Of a DNA stretch of 64,000 nucleotides, positions 11,917 to 24,300 are shown one piece after another. This stretch comes from an uncultured candidate division Zixibacteria bacterium (lineage in GTDB: Bacteria; Zixibacteria; MSB-5A5; UBA10806): NCBI GenBank assembly GCA_963817915.1, contig CAWFQL010000017.1:276308-340307 (forward strand). The letters run 5' to 3'. A model generated the notes under the pieces. The model saw nothing but the letters and a program-made list of their open reading frames with translations, was not told the DNA's origin and did not search any database. Positions within the stretch are counted from its first letter, which is position 1. The number at the start of each line of letters is the position of its first letter. The position numbers and the translations under genes were made by a program.

Positions 11917-13215
11917 TTGAAAAAGACTTATTACCTGGCAACATTGGGATGCCCCAAAAATGACGTCGATTCTGAAGGCTTGGGGGCTGATCTTATTTCG
12001 GCCGGGATGAGCAGTGTCGATGACCCCGAGCAGGCCGACCTGCTTTTGGTCAATAGCTGCGCTTTTATTGAAGATGCCAAGATAGAGACTCTCGATACGG
12101 TTTTTGGCCTCCATAAGATCAGGAAAAAAGGTTCGACCCTTGTCCTATGCGGCTGTCTGCCGGCAAGATATAATCTCGACAGCGAATTAAAGGAAGTCGA
12201 TCTGTTTCTGAGTTCAAAAGAGCATTCGGAGCTTATAGAACGTCTCAATAGATTAGGCTGGAAGCTCGAAAACCACAAAGCAAAGCCGCCTCGATTGGCG
12301 CCAATATTGCCATTTAGCTATTTGAAGATTTCAGAAGGATGTGATAATCGTTGCAGCTATTGCGCTATTCCGGATATCAAAGGGCCATTCACGAGCAGGC
12401 CGAAATCGGAAATACTCAATGAAGCCGAATTTCTCAATTCAAAAAATGTCAAGGAATTGACATTGATCGGACAGGACACCACTCTTTATGGCAAGGACTT
12501 CAACGATGGCTATTCATTGTCCCATTTGTTAAAGGATCTGACGCAATTCGATTCAATCAGATGGATTCGATTAATTTACGCTCACCCGGCGCATCTCGAT
12601 AACGAGACTATCGCAGTTATCAGCCAAAGTGAAAGAATAGTAAAATATATTGATTTACCGTTGCAGCATGTCAATGATCGGATTCTAAGATTAATGAATC
12701 GCAGAACCGATAAGAATAGTATTGAATCCTTAATCCGAAAACTTAGGGCGAAAATGCCGGAAATTGTGCTAAGATCGACATTCATTGTGGGATTCCCCGG
12801 CGAAACCGAAAAGGAATTTGGAGAGCTTTTGGATTTTATTGAGGAATTTGAATTGGATAATGTTGGTGTTTTTAAATATTCGCCTGAGGAAGGCACACCA
12901 GCATTCAGGCTTTCCGACCGAATCGATTCATCGGTTATCGATGAAAGATACTTGACTCTTTTGGACCTTCAAAATAATATCTCTGCGGCGAAGCTTGCCG
13001 GACGAGTCGGCCGGACAGAGACGGTGCTCCTGCATGAGATCGATAGTGAAGGAACCGGCATAGCCAGAGGATGGTTTCAAGCGCCTGAAGTAGACGGGAA
13101 TGTTTTTGTAGAAAATTGTACAGAGGAACCGGGGAATTTCATTGATGTCGAAATTAAAAAGGCGGATGCCTATGACCTTTACGCGGTTCAAGTTCGATCA
13201 AAGGATAACAATTGA
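11917..13215 (+). CDS. rimO: Ribosomal protein S12 methylthiotransferase RimO (MTTase N domain, radical SAM CxxxCxxC, TRAM domain)
   Basis: LGCPKNDVDSE is the RimO-type MTTase N-terminus; CDNRCSYCAIP is the radical-SAM motif; there is a C-terminal TRAM-like domain. Confidence 0.8.
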   Translation: MKKTYYLATLGCPKNDVDSEGLGADLISAGMSSVDDPEQADLLLVNSCAFIEDAKIETLDTVFGLHKIRKKGSTLVLCGCLPARYNLDSELKEVDLFLSSKEHSELIERLNRLGWKLENHKAKPPRLAPILPFSYLKISEGCDNRCSYCAIPDIKGPFTSRPKSEILNEAEFLNSKNVKELTLIGQDTTLYGKDFNDGYSLSHLLKDLTQFDSIRWIRLIYAHPAHLDNETIAVISQSERIVKYIDLPLQHVNDRILRLMNRRTDKNSIESLIRKLRAKMPEIVLRSTFIVGFPGETEKEFGELLDFIEEFELDNVGVFKYSPEEGTPAFRLSDRIDSSVIDERYLTLLDLQNNISAAKLAGRVGRTETVLLHEIDSEGTGIARGWFQAPEVDGNVFVENCTEEPGNFIDVEIKKADAYDLYAVQVRSKDNN

Positions 13216-13874
13216 CTATCCTGACAAAGAATAAATACAAAAGCACGGGGCTTTTTATCTCGAGGCCTGTCGGGGTTGTGTTTTTTGTGATTTATATCAT
13301 TCAAGCGGCCATTATTGTCTGGTTGGTTCTGGCTTTTATGAAAAATAATAAGACAATAATGGAGCAAAAGCAAAAAATCGAAGAGCTCGAGCAAAAAGTC
13401 AAAATACTTGATATCATTGAAGAATATCAAATCGGATTTAATGACAATGAAGTTGGGCAGTTGACTAATGTTATTTATGATGAGAGCAAGAAATTCAGCA
13501 TAGACCCTTTGCTTATTTTGGCAGTAATAATCGCCGAGAGTTCATTTAAAAGACATCAGGAATCGAGCATGGGAGCCGAAGGATTGATGCAGGTTATGCC
13601 ATCGGTAGGTAAGGATGTGGCAGAAAAATGGCGAATAGAATGGCCGCAGAAACTCGACCTTAATAACCCGGGACTCAATATAAAAGTTGGGACTGCCTAT
13701 CTCTTTCAGATGATTCTAAAATTCAAGGATATTAAAAAGGCGTTAATCGCATATAATATGGGCGAGGGCGTGACCGATGAGTACATCCAGTTCAACGCCG
13801 CCCTTCCGCTGCAATACTATAAGAAAGTTGTAAAAATTTACAAAACCCTCCGGAGCCGTTTTGAGACCAAATAA
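13212..13874 (+). CDS. Membrane-anchored lytic transglycosylase (SLT domain)
   Basis: N-terminal TM helix; SLT catalytic region ESSF...GAEGLMQVMPSVG...AYNMGEG. Confidence 0.6.
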   Translation: MTILTKNKYKSTGLFISRPVGVVFFVIYIIQAAIIVWLVLAFMKNNKTIMEQKQKIEELEQKVKILDIIEEYQIGFNDNEVGQLTNVIYDESKKFSIDPLLILAVIIAESSFKRHQESSMGAEGLMQVMPSVGKDVAEKWRIEWPQKLDLNNPGLNIKVGTAYLFQMILKFKDIKKALIAYNMGEGVTDEYIQFNAALPLQYYKKVVKIYKTLRSRFETK

Positions 13875-14472
13875 GGTAATCCCCGTATTTACAGCAATAT
13901 TAATATCATCGTTGGCAGGAACCTCGGCTTACTGCCAGCCCCAAAGCAACGAACAGTTCGTGATGGAATCTGTATCGAAAGCTGTCAATGATAATGTTGA
14001 ATTATCCGGAATAAGCAGGATTTTATTGTCCGATGATAGCACCGGGATAAATCGTCCTATCTTATTCGGAATTGTTCAGGCGCTCAGCGGCAAAGGAATT
14101 TTATCCGTATTCGGTCCAACGTCAGATACTACTGATGCCGAGTTAAGTTTTAAAATATCCGGATTGGATTTTCATTACGCTAAAGGTTCCTCGATGGGTT
14201 TTTTGAAAAAACATAGAATCAAACGGGAACTGCAGGGCCAGATCATGATTACAATAAAAAGAAGCGCTGACAATGCGGCTCTGGTAATGAAGTCAGTTGA
14301 ATTTTCTAATAATGATGATATTGAACCGGAAGCTTTGAATTTTGTTAAAAGCCGCGATATTGTGGAATTGGCGCCGCAAGCGCCATCATCTCGATGGTCT
14401 AAATTTCTTGAACCTGCACTTGTGACAATTTCAGTTGGCGCATTGGTTTATCTTTTCTTTGCCAATAGATGA
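13861..14472 (+). CDS. Hypothetical exported protein with C-terminal TM anchor
   Basis: Signal peptide then ...AYCQPQ; C-terminal hydrophobic helix LVTISVGALVYLFF. No recognisable family. Confidence 0.35.
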   Translation: MRPNKVIPVFTAILISSLAGTSAYCQPQSNEQFVMESVSKAVNDNVELSGISRILLSDDSTGINRPILFGIVQALSGKGILSVFGPTSDTTDAELSFKISGLDFHYAKGSSMGFLKKHRIKRELQGQIMITIKRSADNAALVMKSVEFSNNDDIEPEALNFVKSRDIVELAPQAPSSRWSKFLEPALVTISVGALVYLFFANR

Positions 14473-14479
14473 GGAGATT

Positions 14480-15247
14480 ATGAAAGTTTTAATTGCTGTT
14501 CTTATTTCAGTTACGAGTATATCAACAATCATTATCGGATGCTCACGATCCGCTATGCGGGATCAGGCTACGCCTCACGGGCAATTTGATAATGCAATGG
14601 ATCTTTATAATCGTAAAAAATATTTCAAAGCCCAGGTGGAATTTCAGAGGATAATTTATAGTTTCCCCGGCCAGTCATTCAGCGATACGGCCCTATATTA
14701 TCTCGGAATGTCTTTATACGGCATGAAGAGCTATTCCGAGGCGACCTCGGAATTTGAGAAAATGCTCAATGCCTATTCGTCATCGCCATTGGCGGATAAG
14801 GCCCAATATCAACTCGCTATGTGTCACTACAATGACTCTCCCGGGTACGCGCTGGACCAGGCGGAAACATTCGAAGCGATAGATCAATTCAGTACGCTTT
14901 TGAGTAAATATCCTATGAGCCCATTGGTTCCGGACGCTAGAGATAAATTAGATAAATTAAATGACAAATTAGCCAAGAAGCTCTATAAGGCTGGAGAGAT
15001 TTATCTGAAATTGGACGATTACAATCCGGCTTTGCTTTATTTTTATAATGTCCGGGATAATTATCCCAATACTGAATGGGCGCAATATTCGTTCTTTTAC
15101 TCAGGCGTTGCGCAGATGAAACTAGGCAAAAACACAGAAGCGCTAGAAACATTCCAGAATTTTATTACGGCATTTCCCAACAATAAGCTTGTCTCAAAAG
15201 CTCATAAATATATTGCCCGAATAAAACCCCAAGAAGCCGGAGGCTGA
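14480..15247 (+). CDS. bamD: TPR-repeat outer-membrane lipoprotein, BamD(YfiO)-like
   Basis: GAGGAG RBS, signal peptide with lipobox (IIGCS). About 250 aa of TPR-like repeats, the size and architecture of BamD. Confidence 0.5.
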   Translation: MKVLIAVLISVTSISTIIIGCSRSAMRDQATPHGQFDNAMDLYNRKKYFKAQVEFQRIIYSFPGQSFSDTALYYLGMSLYGMKSYSEATSEFEKMLNAYSSSPLADKAQYQLAMCHYNDSPGYALDQAETFEAIDQFSTLLSKYPMSPLVPDARDKLDKLNDKLAKKLYKAGEIYLKLDDYNPALLYFYNVRDNYPNTEWAQYSFFYSGVAQMKLGKNTEALETFQNFITAFPNNKLVSKAHKYIARIKPQEAGG

Positions 15248-15250
15248 ACT

Positions 15251-15834
15251 TTGGCTCGGATCGGTATACTCGGGGGTACTTTCGATCCGCCGCATAACGG
15301 CCATATTGCATTAGCGTTCGCGGCTCTGGCTCAGCTACAACTGGATAGGATAATTTTTATTCCGGCCAATAAGCCTCCACATAAGCCGGAAACTGTAATT
15401 TCATCCGCAAATGACAGACTCAATATGCTGCGGCTGGCCATAGATTCGATAAAGGATTTTGACCTTTCCGAAATAGAATTACATCGGCCGGGGAATTCTT
15501 ATACGATTGAAACATTATCGGAGCTTAAAGCAGTTTATCCTGACGATGAGTTTTATTTTATAATAGGAGCTGATAATGTTGCCGAAATGGAAGGATGGCA
15601 TAAGCCCGAAGAGATTTTCAAATTGGCTACAATAGCGGCGGCCAACAGACCGGGCTATATGACCCAAAGGCAGGTTTGCCGATAAAGTCAAATACTTTGA
15701 GATGCCTTTAAAAGATATATCATCGACTGCGATTAGAGCGTTGGTAAGTGCCGGTAAATCGATACACGAACTTGTGCCGGACGCAGTAGAGAAATATATT
15801 TATAAGCATCACCTTTATGGAGCCAATGGATAGA
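15251..15834 (+). CDS. nadD: Nicotinate-nucleotide adenylyltransferase NadD, with an apparent -1 frameshift near 15655-15685
   Basis: [11 protein letters not shown] (HxGH) motif. The C-terminal part ([32 protein letters not shown]...YIYKHHLY) continues in frame 1 after the called stop at 15685. Confidence 0.75.
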
Positions 15835-18514
15835 CTGATATTAATCGACGGTTCCGCCGTCGCCTACCGCAGCTATTTCGCATTTATACGGAATCCTTTG
15901 ATCAATTCACGCGGTGAAAATACCGGGGCGATATTTGGCTTTGTCAATTCCATTACAAAGATTATCAATGATTTCAAGCCTCAATATTTCGGTGTTGTCT
16001 TTGATACTCCTGTACCGACATTCCGACATGAATATTATCCCGAATATAAATCGACCCGCGCGAAAACGCCTTTCGAATTAATAGAACAGTTTCCGTGGAT
16101 CGATCAGGCGATTCTCGGATTCAATATTCCGGTTATCAAGATGGACGGCTACGAAGCTGATGACGTAATCGGAACTTTGGCCCAGCAAGCGGCGGGTCAG
16201 GGGTTAGAAGTGTTGATGTTTACAGGAGATAAGGATTATTATCAGCTTGTAAACGATAAAATCAAGATACTCCATCCCAAGGATTTTTCGATTATAGATT
16301 CGGCCGGTGTTAAGGAAAAATTCGGCGTCCCGCCTGAGAAAGTCATAGATACGTTGGCCTTGATGGGTGATACTGCTGATAATATTCCGGGTGTTGCCGG
16401 GGTCGGGCCGAAAACCGCTATTTCGCTGATTGAGGAGTTCGGCGACCTCGACAATGTTCTCGAAAAGGGGCCCACAGAGAAAAAAGGCAAACTGGCTGAA
16501 TCTTTATCCAAATACAAAGACCAGGCGATTTTATCTAGACGATTAGCCACCATAAAACTTGATTGCCCGATTCAACTCGAATTGGATAAATTGATAATCG
16601 AGGAGCCGGACTATAAAACGTTGGCCGAGCTTTTCCGCCGACTGGAATTCAAGAATCTTGCCGATAAATACGCGTCGACCAAAGCCGAAAGTCTTTTCCA
16701 GAACGAAACCAAATCCGCCGCTTCTGATTATCGAACAATAGACAAAATAGAAGAACTGGATTCGGTCTTAGATAGAGATTGCAGAAAAAGAGGAATTCGC
16801 ATTAGATACTGAAACCACTTCGATCTCGGCCTTAGACGCGAAATTGGTCGGAATATCTTTATCTTTCGAGGCGAAGACAGGATTCTATATTCCACTGGGT
16901 CACAATGGCTACCATAACTTACCGTTGGAAGATGTCTTGAATCGATTCAGTAAGCTTTTTCAAACGGATATAAAAGTTATCGGCCAAAATATAAAATATG
17001 ATCGTCAGGTGCTCAAGAATCACGGTCTCCATCTGGATAAACCGTCATTCGATACAATGATAGCGGCATATCTTGTCGATCCCGGCAAGCGAATCTACAA
17101 TCTCGATTCAATGGCGCTCGAGCATTTTAATTATAAAATGATGCCGATCACTGATTTAATCGGGACGGGCAAGAAGCAATTGAATTTTTCCATGGTGAAT
17201 GTCGAAAAGGCCACATTTTATTCCAGCGAGGATGCTGACTATACCTTAAGGCTGAAAAATATATTCGCGCCGAAGTTGATAGAATTAAAATTAGATTCGC
17301 TTTTTGATAATATAGAGATGCCGCTTCTACCGGTTCTCGGAGATATGGAAGAAGTTGGAGTCAGGATCGATTCCGAATTTCTGGGTCAGCTCTCACACGA
17401 ATACGGCAAGAAAATGAAGAATGTCGAAAAAGAAATATTCGATGAAGTGGGCGAAGAATTCAATCTTAATTCGCCTCAGCAATTGGCCAAGATACTTTTC
17501 GAAAAACTGAAACTTACGTCGTCGCGACGCACCGCCAAGGGCGGCGCGCTGGCCACATCGGTGGATATTCTTGAAAAACTCGCGGAGACCCATCCGGTTC
17601 CCCGATTGGTTCTCGAGTACCGGCAATTGACGAAATTAAAATCGACCTATATCGACGCGCTTCCGGCGATTGTAAATAAAAGAACGGGAAGAGTGCATAC
17701 GAGCTTTAATCAAACCATAGCTGCCACCGGCAGGCTTTCATCGACTGATCCAAATCTCCAGAATATCCCAGTTCGCACCGATGAGGGCAGGGAGATTAGA
17801 CGCGCGTTTATACCCAAAGATGATAATTTCAAGATTATGTCAGCAGATTATTCTCAAATCGAATTAAGAATAATGGCACATTTCGCCAATGATGAAACGA
17901 TGATCAAATCGTTTGAGCTTGGCGAGGATATTCATCGCAGGACAGCCGCCGAAGTATATGGAGTGGATATTCGCGATGTCACCGATGAACAAAGGCGTTC
18001 GGCGAAAACCGCTAATTTCGCCATAATCTACGGAGTCTCGGCGTACGGGCTATCTCAACAATCTGAATTGACTCTGAATGAATCGAAGGATTTCATAGAT
18101 ATCTATTTTGAACGATACCCCGGAATAAAAAAATACATGGAGGACATCAAGAATTTCGCCCGCGAGCATGGGTATGTATCCACGCTGTTTGATCGGCGGC
18201 GCTATCTACCGGATATCCTCGCCAAGTCAGCGCAGGCACGCCAATTTGCGGAAAGAACAGCGATCAATACTCCGATTCAGGGAACTGCCGCCGATATGAT
18301 TAAAATCGCTATGATCAAAATCGCGGACTTAATCGGAAATTTCAAATCCAAAATGATATTGCAGGTACATGACGAGCTGGTTTTCGACGCTCACAAAGAT
18401 GAAGTGGATTCTCTGCGAAATATAGTAAAGCAGGAAATGGAGAATGCTGTTAAACTAAAGGCGCCGATCAGGGTAGATATCACAGTCGGAGATAATTGGC
18501 TTGAGGCCAAATAA
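15817..18514 (+). CDS. polA: DNA polymerase I (5'-3' exonuclease, 3'-5' exo-like and polymerase domains), with an apparent +1 frameshift near 16787
   Basis: 5' nuclease region with HhH ([18 protein letters not shown]). Deleting one base at ~16787 gives the continuous read ...[39 protein letters not shown]. Pol motifs: [18 protein letters not shown] (motif A), [14 protein letters not shown] (motif B), QVHDELVFD (motif C). Confidence 0.9.
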
Positions 18515-18554
18515 TATTTGCAGAATTTTAATTCTCATCATATGAAGCTTTAGC

Positions 18555-19160
18555 ATGATTGTAATTGGATTAACAGGAGGACCCGGTACCGGCAAGACAT
18601 TGGCGTCCGGATTTCTTAAGGAGAAAGGCGCGATTATTCTTTCGGGCGATGATGCTGGAAGGAAGGCTGTAGAAAAAAACCCAAAAATTCTTAAACGGCT
18701 GATTCGAGTCTTTAGCATGACGATCCTAACGCCCAATAGCCATTTAAACCGCCGGAAATTGGGAACATTAGTATTTTCCAATGTTGAAGCCCGTCAGAAA
18801 TTAAACGAGATAGTTCATCCTGAACTCCTGAAACTTCTAAAAGCAGATCTGCTTAAATATAAGAAAAATAAAAGAATCCAATTAATAGTCATAGACGCCG
18901 CGCTGATCTTCGAATGGGGAATCGCGGACTGGTGCGATTATATTGTGGTTGTCACTGCCAAAAGAGATGTTCGTATTAAACGGATGATGCTCAATGGGCT
19001 TTCCCGCGCCGATGCGATTAATAGAATAGCATCTCAAATTCCTCAAAAGGAAAAAGAGGCCCTGGCGGATTATGTAATAGTCAACAACGGAACCAAAGCT
19101 GAACTAAAAAGAAAAATATCCAAGTTTTTGATAGAATTAAAAAAGGCTAAAAATCGATAG
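18555..19160 (+). CDS. coaE: Dephospho-CoA kinase
   Basis: IGLTGGPGTGKT P-loop, ~200 aa; polA-coaE synteny. Confidence 0.85.
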   Translation: MIVIGLTGGPGTGKTLASGFLKEKGAIILSGDDAGRKAVEKNPKILKRLIRVFSMTILTPNSHLNRRKLGTLVFSNVEARQKLNEIVHPELLKLLKADLLKYKKNKRIQLIVIDAALIFEWGIADWCDYIVVVTAKRDVRIKRMMLNGLSRADAINRIASQIPQKEKEALADYVIVNNGTKAELKRKISKFLIELKKAKNR

Positions 19161-19316
19161 CCTGGCTGGCCCGTATATCTAAATTTACAATCATTCGATA
19201 AAATCCTATAAATTATTTTCAAAACGATTTAAAAATCCAATTACTTGTCTGATATCTGTTATTTTTAGAATCGATTTTCTCTTGATAATATTAATATTAA
19301 TCTATTAAATAGATTT

Positions 19317-20000
19317 ATGCATATCTGGGGTTTTTTAGTCAATAGTTTAACGGTTATAGCCGGCTCGATTTTAGGTCGTCTGCTTAGTTCGAGAATGCCT
19401 GAATCGTTGAAAAAAATAATCCTTTCCGCTTTGGGACTGTCTACCATATTGATTGGAGCGCAGATGGCCTTAGGCACGGAAAAGATGATAACCGTCATAG
19501 GTTCATTGATTGCAGGCGGTATCATAGGACAATTGATAGGCATCGAAGAATGGCTCGAAAGAATCGGCGAAATTCTGCAAAAAAGAGTGAAGACTACTTC
19601 AAGTACATTCGTGCCTGGGTTTGTCACCGCATCACTATTATTCTGCACCGGGCCCATGACGATTGTCGGATCGCTTCAGGATGGTTTCGCTCGAATTGGA
19701 AATTTAGTTTATATAAAATCGATAATGGATGGTGTCGCTGCGATAGCATTGGCCGCGAGCCTCGGCATAGGCGTGCTATTTTCAACATTAACAGTCTTTG
19801 TTATTCAGGGCGCTTTGACATTGGTGGGTGTATTGGTTGGCGGATCATTGGATAAGATGATTTTGAATGAAATAAGCGCCACTGGCGGCATATTGATCCT
19901 TGGACTCGGATTCAATATTTTAGGGATTGCTAAAATAAAGGTCGGCAATCTTCTCCCGGCATTATTCATTGTAGGGCCTTTGGTCTGGTATTTCGCATAA
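19317..20000 (+). CDS. DUF554 (YqgA/YdfK-like) membrane protein
   Basis: N-terminus MHIWGFLVNSLTVIAGSILGRLLSSRMPESLKK...ILSALGLSTILIGAQM fits the DUF554 family. Multi-TM, ~227 aa. Confidence 0.55.
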   Translation: MHIWGFLVNSLTVIAGSILGRLLSSRMPESLKKIILSALGLSTILIGAQMALGTEKMITVIGSLIAGGIIGQLIGIEEWLERIGEILQKRVKTTSSTFVPGFVTASLLFCTGPMTIVGSLQDGFARIGNLVYIKSIMDGVAAIALAASLGIGVLFSTLTVFVIQGALTLVGVLVGGSLDKMILNEISATGGILILGLGFNILGIAKIKVGNLLPALFIVGPLVWYFA

Positions 20001-20042
20001 ATTGGAACTGTCAAATAAAGTAGTTTTGTTAAAGGAGGTAGA

Positions 20043-21122
20043 ATGAGTTTCGATAAATTGCTCGATAGGCGTCCGGAATTTATAAAAAAGAAGCTTGGCT
20101 CAAAGTCTAAAGTTTGTTTGCTCAATGGTCATGACATCTTCAAGCATATTCGCGAAGACAAAATCATTGTAATGGCCTGCAACACTCGAATCAAACACGT
20201 GATTCCAGGAATTATGAAGGCTGCCATGGAAACCGATTCGTTGGTGGCGTTCGAATTGGCCAAATCAGAATCTGATCTTAAAGGCGGCTATGTCAATATG
20301 ACGCCCAAAGATTATTTCGAAACAATTATCGCTTATGCCGAGCAAATCGGATATACGCATCCATTTATTATTCATGCCGATCACTTGACTGTTAAAACCA
20401 ATAAAGAGGAAGAGATAGCTGAAACTGAAAAGTTAATGGCGGCCCAACTTGCGGCTGGCTATACATCATATGCTATCGACGCGTCATTTAACCCTGAAGA
20501 CGAAAATATTAAAATCACTATCAGGCTTGCAAAACCTGTTGTCGAACAAGGCCTTGGATTGGAAACAGAAGTCGGCGAAATAAAATCGGTCGGTTCCACG
20601 GGCGAAATTACGACAGTCGATGAAGCTCGCATCTTTATTGATGGTCTTCATGACGCCAAAATAACCCCTGATCTACTTGGAATCAACAACGGCTCCAAGC
20701 ACGGAAATTATCTTGAAGGCGAGGAAATCCATATTGATCTTAAGAGGACAGGGGATTGCTACAACGTGATAAAAGGTTATGGTGTTTGCATTGCCCAGCA
20801 CGGAATAACGGGAACGCCCCTACACTTGGTGGGCAAATTTGCCGATTATGGTATTAGGAAGGGCAATGTTGGGACGGAATGGCAAAATATAGCTCATCGC
20901 AATATGCCGCAAGACCTTATGCAGGCCATGAAGGATTGGGCTAAGGGAGTTAATAAAGATATTAAATTCACTACCAAGCAATTTTTCAAGGAAATCGATC
21001 AAATTCCCGAAAGTAATATGAAATCGATGGAAGAAGACGCCCGTAAAACTGCAATCGAATATTTCAAGGCATTTCGAGCAGTCGGTTCTGCATCATTATT
21101 CAGCAGAAAGTCGATTGGTTGA
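20043..21122 (+). CDS. Class II (metal-dependent) fructose/tagatose-bisphosphate aldolase family protein
   Basis: Aligns by eye to FbaA: the NTRIKHVIPGIMKAAMETDSLVAFELAKSE region, IIHADH (zinc His), ETEVGEI, NGSKHGNY, HGITGTP. Confidence 0.55.
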   Translation: MSFDKLLDRRPEFIKKKLGSKSKVCLLNGHDIFKHIREDKIIVMACNTRIKHVIPGIMKAAMETDSLVAFELAKSESDLKGGYVNMTPKDYFETIIAYAEQIGYTHPFIIHADHLTVKTNKEEEIAETEKLMAAQLAAGYTSYAIDASFNPEDENIKITIRLAKPVVEQGLGLETEVGEIKSVGSTGEITTVDEARIFIDGLHDAKITPDLLGINNGSKHGNYLEGEEIHIDLKRTGDCYNVIKGYGVCIAQHGITGTPLHLVGKFADYGIRKGNVGTEWQNIAHRNMPQDLMQAMKDWAKGVNKDIKFTTKQFFKEIDQIPESNMKSMEEDARKTAIEYFKAFRAVGSASLFSRKSIG

Positions 21123-21322
21123 AAATTATACTTGACAATTTTGGTATGAACAATATCTTAGACGTAATTTGAATTGACGAAAGGAAACGCTTATCGTAAT
21201 TGGCTAAAGGGTAGTTGTAGAAAAGCGAAGAGATTGTAAAAAGGCTTTACCTACATGCCCAGTGGCTAATTTTTTGTCTTTGGCCGAATGGCCGAAGATG
21301 AAATGTATTCATCGGAGGATTG

Positions 21323-24300
21323 ATGCTCTGCCGAAAAAAACTGATTTTGTTAGGACAGGCATTTTTTTCGATTAGTATCTTAATAAGCATATCTTCAGCT
21401 TCGACCATTTTTGACGGCGATGTAGAAATTTTAAAATCCGATAATTCAGGCGTAACCCTGAAATATAAAGTTCCTTCGAGTTCGTTTACGCCGTTTGAAC
21501 AGGGCAATAACAAATATCATTCTCTTAATATTGAGCGAACGGCTCAAAATCGCGTTGAAGGACAATCAATAATTCCTATAAAGATTGTGCCGTTGGCCTT
21601 GCCTCCCGGCGCCACTGCCAAAATCCAGGTGATCGACGCAAATTATAAGGATGCGGAATTTAAAAAATTGCCGCCATTTTTTGCTCGTTCTTCAAAGGAA
21701 GAATACGACAAGGCATACGAAGATGCCTCATTAAAGAGCACCGTGACGCATAGCGATCCATATATAGTATCATTCGATAATTTGAGGGGATTAAAAATTG
21801 CCAGAATTGGCATCCCTGCGATTAGGTACTCTGAAAACCCGCCAAGTTTATCGATGCTCCAGACCATCACGCTTAGAGTGGATTTTGTGGGCGGACAGTC
21901 AAATTTGCCGGTGTCATTCCAGCATCCTGGAAATGCGTTTAATAAGATTTTTTCCAAGGTGGTCGCCAACTATGATGTCGGGGCCAATTGGGTCGCCAAA
22001 GAACAGAAAATTGCTCTTGGAGCGTCAGCGACTTCAAGCGTATTCGATTCAGCATCCACATGGTTCAGAATGGAGCTTACAACAGAGGGGATTTATTCTA
22101 TCGGCTGGAATCAATTTCGATCATTAGGGATAGCTAATCCAGATGTGGATATTGATCCTTCGCGCGTGCGTGTCTTCTATGGAGGCGGCAGGGAACTACC
22201 TCCCAATAATAGTACGCCCCGTCCGGAATTTAGGGAAATCCCAATACAGTTTATCGATGCAAATGGCAATGGTGTATTCGATGGTTTGGATTTATTTGTA
22301 TTTTACGCCGACGGAGTCGATAGTTGGGAATATGATTCGACCTTGAATAATTTTATTCGGTATAAAAATCATTATACCAGCAAGAATGTATTTTGGCTCA
22401 CAATCGACGGGAATTTTTCCGGACCTGCCAAACGATATCCAAGCTGGGATGGAAATCCCAATGGGGCATATGATGTCTCTACTGATTCATACACTGCAAT
22501 GTTTAATAAAGAAGAAGATATTCTATTCTGGAAATATTCACCAATCCAACAGGATTATAATGATTATTTTGAATGGTATTGGGCTTCGGGAAAATCATTT
22601 TCAACCAGCGCGCAGTTGTATGATGTTGTTTCTGGCGGAACGGCGGAAATAATAGTCAGGCATAGGGCAGGTAATCTTTCGCTGACGGTAAACAGCTCAA
22701 GTGCAACCCCGATGCGCCAATTACCTCCTTTTTCGATATTTTCGGCATCGAATCTTAGGGACGGACTCAATAGTATCACATTACAGTCAGTTACCAATTT
22801 CTATACTGATTATATAAATATTCTTTATCCCAGATGGCTGAGGACAATTGACGGCAATTTGCGATTCTCGCAACCGGATACTTTTGGGGTTGTCCGTTAT
22901 AATCTTACCAATGTAGATTCGGATTATTTGCTTCTGGATATATCCGACAAGATGAATCCCGTTAAAATAGCAGGCGGGTCATGGAGTGGGCAGAATCTAT
23001 CATTTCTTGATACTGTATCAGCGCAATCGCATAAACAGTATTATATTTCAAACAAGAATCGATTCAAGACTCCCAGTTCGATAACGACCTATCAAATTGA
23101 TAATTTGAAAGATGTGAATTCATCAAACAACCGCGCTGATGAGATTATATTGACTTACGATGGATTCTATGATCAGGCAGTGCGCTTGGCCCAGCATCGT
23201 CAGAACGTATATGGTCTGGCCACAAGAATAGTCAAAATATCAGATGTCTATAATCAATTTTCTTACGGCCTTTTGGATGCCATTGCCATAAGGGATTTTC
23301 TGAAATATGCTTATGAAAATTGGCAATCGCCAGCGCCATCCTACGTGGTTTTGCTGGGAGATGGCAATTATGATTATAGAAATTACATGGGTTCAAGTTC
23401 TCATATTTATATACCGCCATATGAATATCTGCCTCTATTCGGCAGCGACCTCGGAATGTCGGACGAGCTTTTTGTCTATTTTGGGAGTTACGGTAATCTC
23501 GATTCGGATTCAAATTCAATTCCCGACATGATGATTGGAAGAATTTCTGCCCGATCGGTACAAGATGCTTCCGAGATGATTGATAAGATAATCGATTACG
23601 ACAGCAATCCGGATCTTGGCCCCTGGAGAAACAGGGTAGTCGTTGCTGCAGATGATAATCTTCACCCTCCGCATGATAACGATTGGAATCATACCGCGCA
23701 AGCCGAGGATCTGGCTAATCACCATGTGCCCAATAGCTTTGAAACCGGTAAGATTTATTTGATTGAATATCCAATGGGGGCAGGCGGCGAAAAACCGCAG
23801 GCAAGAGAAGCCCTTATGAGCGCATATAATCAGGGCTCATTGATCATCGATTGGATTGGACACGGGAGCGCCGGTCTTTGGGCTGACGAGCACATTTTCC
23901 GGAGAATCGAAGATATTCCACGTTTGCATAACGGCAAAAGACTTTCTCTGGTATTCACCGCCTCATGCTCGATTGGCGCATTTGATTTTCCGGCATTTGA
24001 AAGCATGGCGGAGGAATTGGCTCGCACTTATGGACGCGGGGCAATTGCGGTAATCTCGGCAACAAGAGGAGTATATGCCACATCCAATGGCCAATTCAAT
24101 AATGCAGTATTCGATCAGTTATTGAATTCAGATTCAGTTGGAATAGGCGCCGCGATGTATATAGCGAAATTTTTGAGGCAATCAGGCGATAGCGGAACTA
24201 ATACAAATGACAGAGTATATGTGCTTTTTGGAGACCCGGCGCAGCTTTTGCAATTTCCCAAGTATAAGGTGAGATTCAATTCTGTCCCGGATTCATTGGC

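Noticed and set aside
13188-13430. 80-aa minus-strand ORF spanning the rimO/transglycosylase junction
   Set aside because: It overlaps two well-supported + strand genes and encodes low-complexity K/L-rich sequence; spurious.
16812-16844. Apparent split of DNA polymerase I into separate 5'-nuclease and Klenow-like genes (as in some bacteria with a stand-alone FEN)
   Set aside because: The conserved ALDTETT segment reads continuously across the junction after removing a single base, so this is a frameshift in one polA gene rather than two genes.
19161-19316. AT-rich 150-bp spacer after coaE, as a possible small RNA or origin-like element
   Set aside because: No DnaA-box clusters, hairpins or conserved structure are visible. 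It is more consistent with a promoter/UP-element region for the DUF554 gene.
21123-21319. Direct repeat ggccgaatggccgaag and TTGACA-like hexamers upstream of porU, as a possible regulatory repeat or IS remnant
   Set aside because: The repeat is too short (7 bp x2) with no flanking inverted repeats or transposase. It is most likely an ordinary promoter region.
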